Positions 1 to 6,526 are shown, counted from the stretch's first letter. The stretch: DNA of 13,328 nucleotides from Halalkalibacterium halodurans (GCF_004376175.1 NZ_SNUY01000079.1:2076-15403); one strand, 5' to 3'. Numbers and translations are program-made. Notes: generated by a model not told the origin, from the sequence alone.

Positions 1-28
1 CAATTGCTTGACACAATTACTGTAGTGG

Positions 29-57
29 GACTTGGGGTGACTGGCAAGTCTTTTTTT
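29..57 (+). terminator. Rho-independent terminator-like hairpin at a convergent gene end
   Basis: GACTTG (29-34) pairs with CAAGTC (45-50) across a 10-nt loop and is followed by T7 (51-57) on the + strand. It abuts the TAA stop (60-62) of the minus-strand lipoprotein gene. It probably terminates a + strand gene lying left of the window and may act bidirectionally. Confidence 0.45.
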
Positions 58-59
58 GT

Positions 60-1472
60 TTACGCACAAAAATTTAGTGCAGGACTCTGCATTTTTCCTT
101 TGCAAAGCTCTGCACTTTTATTTTGCCATACACAAAGCTCATTAGCTTCTGCTAAAATAGTATACATTTTATCGATATATTCCTCATTAAATTTATAGTC
201 TATCAATGCGGCTAGTTTTGAAGCATATTCAATTTCATTCAGTAATCCACTAATGTTAAGTATCTCTTCTATATCACTTTCCTTAATATTAACAACTTCA
301 TGTTCAAAATATTTTAAATCGTCTTTTAGTTGTTCTAGATCTTTTTCGCTATATTTACCGATCTTTATATATTGATATGACCAAAACCAGCTTAGTTCGC
401 TCACTTCTATTAAAACAGATAGGTCGTAATCCAAATCGTTGTTAAACTCAGTTAAAACATATGCTGCCATAATAGTTTCTATTGCTGAACCTGATACTAT
501 ATTGGCCTTATTTACAAACCCACCATAGGATTCTTCGCTATATTTGAATAGTTCATATATTTCGTCCTTTACAAGCTCTAAGTAATCAACTTCCTTTAAT
601 ATCTTCAAACCCATAAAAGTACCCAAATTACCATCAAAATAGTAATCAGAGGAAACCGAAAATCCATCAACATCACTATAAAATTTTAATACTGTATCTC
701 TTACAGCATTTTTATCTATCTGATTTTCCAAAAATGAATTAATGAGTACTAAGTAATAAACTTCTAATAAATCGTTTGTACTCTCTGTTGAATCAATTAG
801 TAATTTTGAGTAGTGCTCTCTATCAAATTCTATATTTAATGGTTTGTCTAAAATATGAGAAATCTCAAGTACAGAAAGGGTTGATCCTATATCTATTTCA
901 AATGTATCCCAATTAGTTTCAAGCCAATCAATAATTTTAATTTTAATATCTTCTTTCAATTGTTCAGAAAAATAATACACAACAATGTAAACAATATCTA
1001 AGTCTACATATTTTTCATCTTCATCATTTGATTTTTTTTTAATAATATCATTAGTCACTGCTACATAATCAATGTCTTCATCGGTAATTTCCAATACTTC
1101 CTGGTATAAGTAATACATAATTAAATTTTCTCTAACATCAAACTCATTATCTAGAGCTGGATCTTTTAACCTGTTTAATGAATCATAAATTAAAGATTTG
1201 TCATATTCATAATTAATTAACTCGGCAATTTCAATCTGCCTTCTGATATCATCAACACTTTGAAAAACCTCATCTTCAATAGAGTAATCCTTAAAAAGCC
1301 TTGTTTCATGATCAAAGCCGCTTGTAATTTTAATTGTTGTTGACTTTTCCCAATCCTTACTAACAAATTCTTTATCTGATTCACAAGAAGCCAAGATGAA
1401 TAGAATAGTACATATCAACACCATTCTAATACTTTTTATACTAAAGAGTTTATACAATTCAAGTACCCCCAA
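60..1472 (-). CDS. Large acidic lipoprotein of unknown function, possibly with alpha/alpha-toroid (prenyltransferase/terpene-cyclase-like) repeats
   Basis: 470-aa ORF. The N-terminus KLFSIKSIRMVLICTILFILASC is a classic lipoprotein signal: basic n-region, hydrophobic core, lipobox L-A-S-C. The track start at 1472 is a TTG. A TTG at 1457, preceded by GGGGG 8 nt upstream, or the ATG giving MVLICT, are alternative starts. The mature protein is very rich in D/E. Recurring helical-hairpin motifs (ESYGGFVNKANIVSGSAIETIMAAYVL, DVDGFSVSS..GNLGTFMGLKIL, NDLLEVYYLVLINSFL) resemble prenyltransferase/squalene-cyclase repeats. The fold assignment is by eye only. Confidence 0.75.
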   Translation of the reverse strand: MGVLELYKLFSIKSIRMVLICTILFILASCESDKEFVSKDWEKSTTIKITSGFDHETRLFKDYSIEDEVFQSVDDIRRQIEIAELINYEYDKSLIYDSLNRLKDPALDNEFDVRENLIMYYLYQEVLEITDEDIDYVAVTNDIIKKKSNDEDEKYVDLDIVYIVVYYFSEQLKEDIKIKIIDWLETNWDTFEIDIGSTLSVLEISHILDKPLNIEFDREHYSKLLIDSTESTNDLLEVYYLVLINSFLENQIDKNAVRDTVLKFYSDVDGFSVSSDYYFDGNLGTFMGLKILKEVDYLELVKDEIYELFKYSEESYGGFVNKANIVSGSAIETIMAAYVLTEFNNDLDYDLSVLIEVSELSWFWSYQYIKIGKYSEKDLEQLKDDLKYFEHEVVNIKESDIEEILNISGLLNEIEYASKLAALIDYKFNEEYIDKMYTILAEANELCVWQNKSAELCKGKMQSPALNFCA

Positions 1473-1484
1473 TAAACATACGGT

Positions 1485-1508
1485 GAAAAAGCCCCTAAAA
1501 AGGGACTT
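1485..1508 (-). terminator. Intrinsic terminator after the 221/231-aa secreted-protein gene
   Basis: The minus strand reads TAA-AAGTCCC-TTTTTA-GGGGCTT-TTTCACC. This gives a 7-bp stem with one G-U pair and a U-rich tail, starting immediately after the stop codon at 1509-1511. Confidence 0.55.
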
Positions 1509-2174
1509 TTAAAAAAGAACACTTGTAGTTGTTGTTGATGAACCAGCATTAGAAAAACTTAGTTTAGATTCAACTTTAAAACTGACAGCCAAATTTGAGA
1601 GCCATTGGATACGAAGGTCATCAAAATTAGCTTGAGCATATTTTCTCGATGAATATTTAGCCGAGTCCGTTGCAACTGTCCTACTACTAGTGAGCAAGGA
1701 CCAATCAGAGTTTCTCAGTGAGATATTTACATTTGGTCCTATTTTAGTAGCTGTAACTTTGGCCGAGGAATTAGACGGCTTGTATTTATTTTTAGCAGTA
1801 TAAGCTGTATAACCATATCCGTCATATTTGTGTTGATATAGACTTCTCCAAAAACCAGGTTTAGATCGTTTTACATCAATAACTGAATAGCCACCTTTTG
1901 CATGACTAAAACTCTTAGAATTGTATTTATGCTGAGCTTTGGATGAACTACTTGTTGACATCGTTGAAAATCCCGATGACTGCTGTTCATATCCATCCAC
2001 AGGGTTTCCTACAGAGTTTGGCGATTCCATTAATTCAAGAACTTTCTTAACCTCATCAGGCATAACATCGTCACTTAATTTCTCATAATCATTTGCAAAT
2101 GATAAAGTTGGATTTCCAATGATTAAACTTAGTGACAAGGCCGATAAAACTAGATTTCTTGTCAATCTTTTCAT
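1509..2174 (-). CDS. Secreted protein of unknown function: Sec signal peptide, acidic ~40-aa N-terminal segment, then a basic Ser/Lys/Tyr-rich domain
   Basis: The track ORF runs 1509-2204. The ATG at 2174 (MKRLTRNLVLSALSLSLIIGNPTLSFA|ND) has GGAGG (2183-2187 on the + strand as CCTCC) 8 nt upstream, so I take it as the start. The signal peptide has an AxA-like cleavage site (SFA). I recognise no known domain. Confidence 0.75.
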   Translation of the reverse strand: MKRLTRNLVLSALSLSLIIGNPTLSFANDYEKLSDDVMPDEVKKVLELMESPNSVGNPVDGYEQQSSGFSTMSTSSSSKAQHKYNSKSFSHAKGGYSVIDVKRSKPGFWRSLYQHKYDGYGYTAYTAKNKYKPSNSSAKVTATKIGPNVNISLRNSDWSLLTSSRTVATDSAKYSSRKYAQANFDDLRIQWLSNLAVSFKVESKLSFSNAGSSTTTTSVLF

Positions 2175-2344
2175 TTCTTTAACCTCCAATAATTTTTTCA
2201 ACACAATACATAAAAGAAGTTCATTATGATGTAATCAGCTTGTTTTCTATGAATATTACACCCCTTCCATAATTAATAAAATAATAGAAATAACTAACAA
2301 CAAAATCTATATTAATATAGCTGGGAAATTCCCGCAATAAATCC

Positions 2345-2368
2345 GACAAAAAAAGACAAAAAAAGACA
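2345..2368. repeat. Short tandem repeat, GACAAAAAAA x2 plus a partial third unit
   Basis: GACAAAAAAA GACAAAAAAA GACA, read directly in the intergenic junction between the truncated LXG gene and the AT-rich block. Confidence 0.6.
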
Positions 2369-2409
2369 GGAATTAAGTATGAATCCACTTAAAGCTAACG
2401 ACCTAAAGT

Positions 2410-3045
2410 CTAAAAAAGAAGAATGGTACTATTTGAGCGTAGGTCGAAAGAGAGCGAAAATTGGCAGTAACGAAAAAAGCAAAATCTTAAGCGAACACAA
2501 GTAGTATCTACGCGCGTATAATGATCACCATATTCCACACGGTTGCTGATTCTTGTAGCCCCGGCGAAATTGTCAGACCCTTTTACTATGTTCTTGAGTG
2601 TTCGTCCCCCGACCTTGCCGATACCTCCAAGAAAAATACTAGCAGCTGCTATTCCCCGATCCCATTCGTCTAACTCCTGTCCCGTGATCAGATCGACTCC
2701 TGTTGAAGCTTCTTGACCCGCTTTGGCATTCCCAATGAAAGGCAAAAAGTCAAGTACAGCCGAGAACGTTTGTAGCGGATTATACGCCTCCTGATTTTCC
2801 TTTTCCCTTTGCTGAATCTCTCGTAAAGCTTCAGCAGCATGCTCCACTGTCTCCTTATCCCCTGAGTAATGAGCGTTTGCATAAGCCCAAACACTTGGCT
2901 CCCGTTGAGGAATCGTGTGATAAGGAGCACTAGAAACGGTGTTACTTGTTTTCGCTGTAGACGGCCCGTACCACGTTAAACAAGCTTGTGAGTGGTAACG
3001 ACTTGATCCTATCGGAGAACCACTTCTGGTAGTGAGATAGATCAA
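2410..3045 (-). pseudogene. LXG-toxin continuation: linker plus PT-TG (pre-toxin TG) domain, with the C-terminal toxin domain missing
   Basis: LDFLPFIGNAKAGQEASTGVDLITGQELDEWDRGIAAASIFLGGIGKVGG matches the PT-TG module that precedes the toxin domain in LXG and other polymorphic toxins. The ORF opens only 2 codons after an in-frame TGA and begins at a TTG overlapping the upstream stop (TTGA). About 50 residues remain after PT-TG, and the last ~30 (TTCVRLRFCFFRYCQFSLSFDLRSNSTILLF) look like non-coding read-through. Confidence 0.75.
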
Positions 3046-3821
3046 ATACTTTCATTGATACTATGCATGGTGTCGTACTTAAAACGAAGCGGAAAATCAT
3101 TTGCGTACTGAACGAGTGGATTTAGGTCTAAGAGTTCCACCTTGACTTCCGGTGCTTTCTCGTGCAAGGTCGCGTTGTTCGCGAAATATCTACCTACTTC
3201 CATGATGCTCACACCTGTCATCCTCACGCCACCGGTCATGGTCCAGTCTAACACCTGCCGGATCGTCGCTTTTAACTCTTCCATTCTCGTTCGTACTTGA
3301 GCCATTAATTCAACACCTGCTTGGTCGAGATCATACAATCCTTCGAGCACATCATTTGCATGTTTCCGTGCACTATCGACGCTGTTGTACACATCGCCTG
3401 TCTGAAACTTGCCGAGGTGTAAGATGTGGCTTACCTCAGCCGTCGCCTGATTAATCGCCGCTTCTCTTTCTTCTAGCGTTTCTTCATAATGGTCGTATGC
3501 TTTTGGGAGCTGATTTTTCCAAAAGTCCTCTGACACTGAGCCATTGGACGCAGGCTCATACTCATTAATCTTCGCTTTCATCTTTTCGAGTGTGTCGCTG
3601 AAAGAAATCAGAAAGGCTCGAATCGAGCGGATCGTTGACAGCTGCATATAGGCATGATTATAGATGACTCCCTTTGCGCCTTCTCCTTTAAATGCTCCAT
3701 CCATATTGATGACACGCGTAATTCTTGCTTCTACTGCCTCAAAAACATCTCCATACGATTTTAATACTTTTATGTGTTCATCGAGTTCCGAGAGATGTTG
3801 GTTCACATCTAAGAACTTCAT
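3042..3821 (-). CDS. LXG domain protein (N-terminal T7SS-targeting domain of a polymorphic toxin), separated from its C-terminal part
   Basis: MKFLDV...AFKGEGAKGVIYNHAYMQL...LEKMKAKINEYEP fits the LXG N-terminal helical domain seen in the YobL/YxiD/YeeF class. There is a strong RBS, GGAGG, 8 nt before the ATG at 3821. The ORF ends at a TGA at 3042-3044 that overlaps the TTG of the next ORF. Confidence 0.85.
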   Translation of the reverse strand: MKFLDVNQHLSELDEHIKVLKSYGDVFEAVEARITRVINMDGAFKGEGAKGVIYNHAYMQLSTIRSIRAFLISFSDTLEKMKAKINEYEPASNGSVSEDFWKNQLPKAYDHYEETLEEREAAINQATAEVSHILHLGKFQTGDVYNSVDSARKHANDVLEGLYDLDQAGVELMAQVRTRMEELKATIRQVLDWTMTGGVRMTGVSIMEVGRYFANNATLHEKAPEVKVELLDLNPLVQYANDFPLRFKYDTMHSINESI

Positions 3822-3890
3822 GTTTAAACCTCCTTGACCACTTAAAAAGATTCTGTCGGTCCATATGTAATCAGATCAGTAGGTTATAGG

Positions 3891-3921
3891 AAGGAACAAA
3901 TGGGTGTTCCTGTTAACACCC
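3891..3921 (-). terminator. Terminator-like hairpin in the leader upstream of the LXG gene
   Basis: GGGTGTT (3902-3908) pairs with AACACCC (3915-3921), a 7-bp perfect stem with a 6-nt loop. On the minus strand it is followed by ATTTGTTCCTT. It lies ~80 nt upstream of the LXG start. It could be a leader attenuator or the terminator of a lost upstream gene. Confidence 0.3.
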
Positions 3922-4028
3922 TCATTAGACTTACTTAAGTGCATATACAAGACGAATTGAATAACTTTCGGTTGATAGCCGATTCTCTCCTATTAGGCTA
4001 CAATTTCTCTCATTAATTCAAATAGAAT

Positions 4029-4037
4029 ATTATACCA
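4029..4037 (-). promoter_or_regulatory. Candidate extended -10 promoter element (TGgTATAAT) facing the LXG gene
   Basis: The minus strand reads TGGTATAAT (plus strand ATTATACCA at 4029-4037). The -35 is poor (CTGGTA at 17 nt). This would give a ~200-nt leader. Confidence 0.25.
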
Positions 4038-4557
4038 TTTACCGTACTATTTACCAGTAAAGAGAGAATGTTCCCACTATGTCCGAGTGATTTCAAAATT
4101 CTACTTCGGAACTATTTGGTCCCTATATCTTTGTAGAAATTTTAATTGACATTCAAGCATTCAAAGAGATTTTTCACCGAAATGAAGAGGAAGAAAAAAA
4201 CAGAATTATTAGAAATATATGGGAAATAAATACTTCGATACCCATTATAATAGGGGTTTAAATTGGTAAGTTAAAAATAAAAAAATGCAAAGTCATGCGT
4301 TTTTATTGCATAACTCTGCACTTCTTTATCACACACTGTATCTGTTAGTACAAGCACTATATCTGAATACAGGGTCCAGATGAAAAAATTATTTTTTAGG
4401 GATTAGAATCTACTTACGCAAATCGTAGTAATTAATCGTTAGATTGGGGTTCCCTTGAATCTATTTGCCATTAAGCCAATTATTACCCCAATTCACTAAA
4501 AACGCATCGAATTCATCATAAACATAAGATACAGCTTGTGGATGAAGTTTTAATTCG

Positions 4558-4585
4558 TAAAGAAAACAGCTTGCACGGGGCAAGC
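4558..4585 (-). terminator. Intrinsic terminator of the XRE regulator gene
   Basis: GCTTGC (4569-4574) pairs with GCAAGC (4580-4585) across a 5-nt loop. On the minus strand the stem is followed by TGTTTTCTTT. It lies 18 nt after the TAG stop at 4604-4606. Confidence 0.6.
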
Positions 4586-4603
4586 GGTTGAAATGATAGT
4601 ATC

Positions 4604-4828
4604 CTATTCTTTTTTGTCTGGAACATATTCCACAAGCTCTGACAATGAAAACTCAAGGGAATCGCAGGTTTTCATCAGCGTCCCTAGCTTTACCGTTTCA
4701 ACTTCCGTATCATGCCATAGCTTGTTTAACGCATTACGACTCAAGCCCGTAATTTCCATCAATTCCGTTAAATTATTGATTCGATGATGGGCCATCACAA
4801 CCCGCAAATGATTTTTCAACACCAACAA
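4604..4828 (-). CDS. Small XRE-family (Cro/CI-type) helix-turn-helix transcriptional regulator
   Basis: LKNHLRVVMAHHRINNLTELMEITGLSRNALNKLWHDTEVETVKLGTLMKTCDSLEFSLSELVEYVPD is a typical single-domain HTH_XRE of ~70 aa (YozG-like). The track start at 4828 is a TTG only 3 nt from AGGAG. A GTG at 4822 (9-nt spacing) or a TTG at 4825 is the more likely start. Confidence 0.85.
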   Translation of the reverse strand: MLVLKNHLRVVMAHHRINNLTELMEITGLSRNALNKLWHDTEVETVKLGTLMKTCDSLEFSLSELVEYVPDKKE

Positions 4829-5056
4829 CCACTCCTCTACTCTCTACAATAATTTTATCGTAAAAGGTGAATAGTTGTACTTATGGGGTTGTGCAATGAG
4901 GAAATTTTACCGTTGTAATCTAAATAAAGTTTAGCTTTCTCACATTAAAAATTCTATTCCTCTACTACCAGTTCCTTCATCATCTGTTACCACTTAAGAC
5001 TCGCCTTAAAAAACAATTACCTAGTGTTTTTAGACTGAAATATTTTTTCTCCAGCA

Positions 5057-5085
5057 TTAATTATTGAGCTTGTTGTTTTTATAAT
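5057..5085 (+). promoter_or_regulatory. Candidate sigma-A promoter for the GIY-YIG/P-loop gene
   Basis: TTAATT (5057-5062), 17 nt, then a perfect TATAAT (5080-5085). The -10 overlaps the first ATG of the track ORF, which argues that translation starts at the ATG at 5156 (GAGG 8 nt upstream). Confidence 0.3.
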
Positions 5086-6028
5086 GTCATATTTTGTTAA
5101 ATACCCTATCAAAAATATGATACAATTATTTAAAAAAGATACAGAGGCTACGATCATGAATGGACTTGTATTTGAAAAAAGAGAATTTACTCTCGATCAT
5201 GTGCACACTGTAAAGGAACTACATCTACATAACTATCCGATTGTGTATATCCTCTATAATGAGAAAAAGAGGCCTACAGCATATATTGGGCAAACCGTTC
5301 AACCAACACGGCGGTTGAAGAATCATATAGAGGATAAAAGGCGCAGAAGTTTGAGTCGCTTGATTTTGATTGGGCATGAGAAATTTAATCAGTCTGCCAC
5401 ATACAACATCGAGTCCAATCTCATTAACTATTTTATTGCAGATAACCATTACCAGCTGCAAAACGTAAGCCAGACTAGATCAAGGGAAATGCACAACTAC
5501 TATCAGAAGCCCTTTTATAACGAAGAGCTCTTTGAAATCATTTGGGATAGGCTTAGAGATGAGAAAATTGTGAGCGATTCGCTTGAAAACCTTAGAAACA
5601 AAGATATCTATAAGTTATCTCCCTATAAGGAGCTCTCGCCACAGCAGCTTGATATAAAGAATGAGATCCTCGACTTCTGTAAAGAACATATACAAAAAGA
5701 AGGAAATCATGTCATCGTCATAGAAGGTGATGCTGGCACAGGTAAAAGCGTCCTGTTAAGCTCTCTATTTAACACGATTCAAGATTTGGCTAAGGATGAT
5801 AGCTCTTTATTAAAAGACACTGATAATTACTTGCTAGTGAATCACAGTGAGATGCTGAAGACATATAAAAGTATAGCCAACAGCTTACCGAACTTGAAGA
5901 AAAGAAGCCTCATGAAGCCAACACCATTTATTAACGAGAAAACCAAAACGGGAACAACAGCTGATATCGTATTAGTTGACGAAGCTCATCTGCTTCTGAC
6001 AAAGGAAGACTCCCTCAATAAAGTTTAA
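5084..6028 (+). CDS. GIY-YIG nuclease domain fused to a P-loop NTPase (DUF2075-like); apparently 3'-truncated, so a likely pseudogene
   Basis: N-terminal PIVYILYNEKKRPTAYIGQTVQPTRRLKNHI...YNIESNLINYF matches the GIY-YIG motif pattern. Walker A is IEGDAGTGKSVLL and Walker B is DIVLVDEAH. The ORF stops 12 codons after DEAH, leaving no downstream NTPase/helicase motifs. The likely real start is the ATG at 5156 (MNGLVFEKREF). Confidence 0.8.
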   Translation: MSYFVKYPIKNMIQLFKKDTEATIMNGLVFEKREFTLDHVHTVKELHLHNYPIVYILYNEKKRPTAYIGQTVQPTRRLKNHIEDKRRRSLSRLILIGHEKFNQSATYNIESNLINYFIADNHYQLQNVSQTRSREMHNYYQKPFYNEELFEIIWDRLRDEKIVSDSLENLRNKDIYKLSPYKELSPQQLDIKNEILDFCKEHIQKEGNHVIVIEGDAGTGKSVLLSSLFNTIQDLAKDDSSLLKDTDNYLLVNHSEMLKTYKSIANSLPNLKKRSLMKPTPFINEKTKTGTTADIVLVDEAHLLLTKEDSLNKV

Positions 6029-6131
6029 TTTTCTCGCTAATACTCGTGTATTCTCCAAATTTCACTAACACCAAATAGTAATCTCACCAGTACTACTGGA
6101 TAGAAGTAGAACGAATTAAAATTTCTTACAG

Positions 6132-6526
6132 GGGATAATCCATCCTAACGTCCAAACTGGTATAGTTTGGTAATTGAGTAGTATGACCGTGCCTATAAAT
6201 CTCCACGCTACTCACGGTCGCTAACCCTCCCATGTCTCTCCGGATTGGTATCCATACCTTCCTTCGTCCTGCGTATCCATGAGGTGGAGGTCGGATAAGC
6301 TCCTTTGCTGGGTCATAAGCCCGTATGGTGAAAATAAACTCCGACTCTGCACTATTGGTGTTTGTTATTTGTAAGTATACAGATGATGCACGGCTTTACA
6401 TGGAGTGGCGGGCATGGTAGGCTTCCTTAGCCATGGGCGAATCATTGGATGACTCGCCGCTTCGCCAAGGAGCCATGCCCGCAGAGGCTCCGTGTCAAGC
6501 CACTTTGGGTGATCTGCTTTCTAAGG
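6132..6526 (-). ncRNA. Candidate IS110-family guide RNA (bridge RNA / seekRNA) in the 3' non-coding end
   Basis: ~395 nt with no ORF of 60 aa or more in any frame, GC-rich compared with neighbouring non-coding DNA, and dense in helices. For example, 6407-6416 pairs with 6472-6481 (10 bp perfect) and encloses 6435-6444 / 6448-6457 (9 of 10). Others are 6403-6408 / 6498-6503, 6151-6157 / 6163-6169, 6184-6190 / 6212-6218, and 6270-6277 / 6292-6299 (7 of 8). The strand is assumed to be that of the recombinase gene. The exact RNA ends are unknown. Confidence 0.35.

Noticed and set aside
4-198. 64-aa plus-strand ORF at the window start.
   Set aside because: It is antisense to the 3' end of the well-supported lipoprotein gene. 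It runs through a terminator hairpin and T-tract, has low-complexity composition and has no RBS.
2688-2930. 80-aa minus-strand ORF inside the LXG continuation.
   Set aside because: It is an alternative frame of the PT-TG-containing ORF. The product is Arg/Lys-rich and junk-like, and the other frame carries the recognisable domain.
4593-4787. 64-aa plus-strand ORF.
   Set aside because: It is antisense to the XRE regulator gene, which has a clear HTH signature. It has no RBS.
4845-4915. A CGTAAAA ... TTTTACCG inverted repeat in the XRE / GIY-YIG divergent intergenic region, as an operator.
   Set aside because: The arms are only 7-8 nt, one has an extra base, they are ~44 nt apart, and the DNA is AT-rich. 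This is not distinguishable from chance by eye.
5225-5461. 78-aa minus-strand ORF.
   Set aside because: It is antisense within the GIY-YIG domain coding region, with no motif and no RBS.
6005-6131. The idea that the IS110 insertion itself truncated the GIY-YIG/P-loop gene.
   Set aside because: The IS junction repeat begins at 6118, ~90 bp beyond the stop codon. The intervening DNA is AT-rich non-coding sequence that looks continuous with the far flank at 7925 onward. No 3' gene half resumes after the IS.
6492-6497. A perfect TTGACA on the minus strand just downstream of the recombinase stop, as a possible promoter for the candidate RNA.
   Set aside because: No acceptable -10 hexamer occurs 16-19 nt downstream (TGGCTC at 17 nt). 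The hexamer lies in the large internal loop of the hairpin.
6132-6526. Alternative identities for the structured region: group II intron fragment, riboswitch, RNase P, SRP RNA or tmRNA.
   Set aside because: I could not see their hallmark sequences: the GUGYG 5' end with a domain V AGC/GNRA hairpin, a T-box or B12 box, or GAGGAAAGUCC. The segment also lies inside the IS boundaries defined by the junction repeats. This was not excluded computationally.
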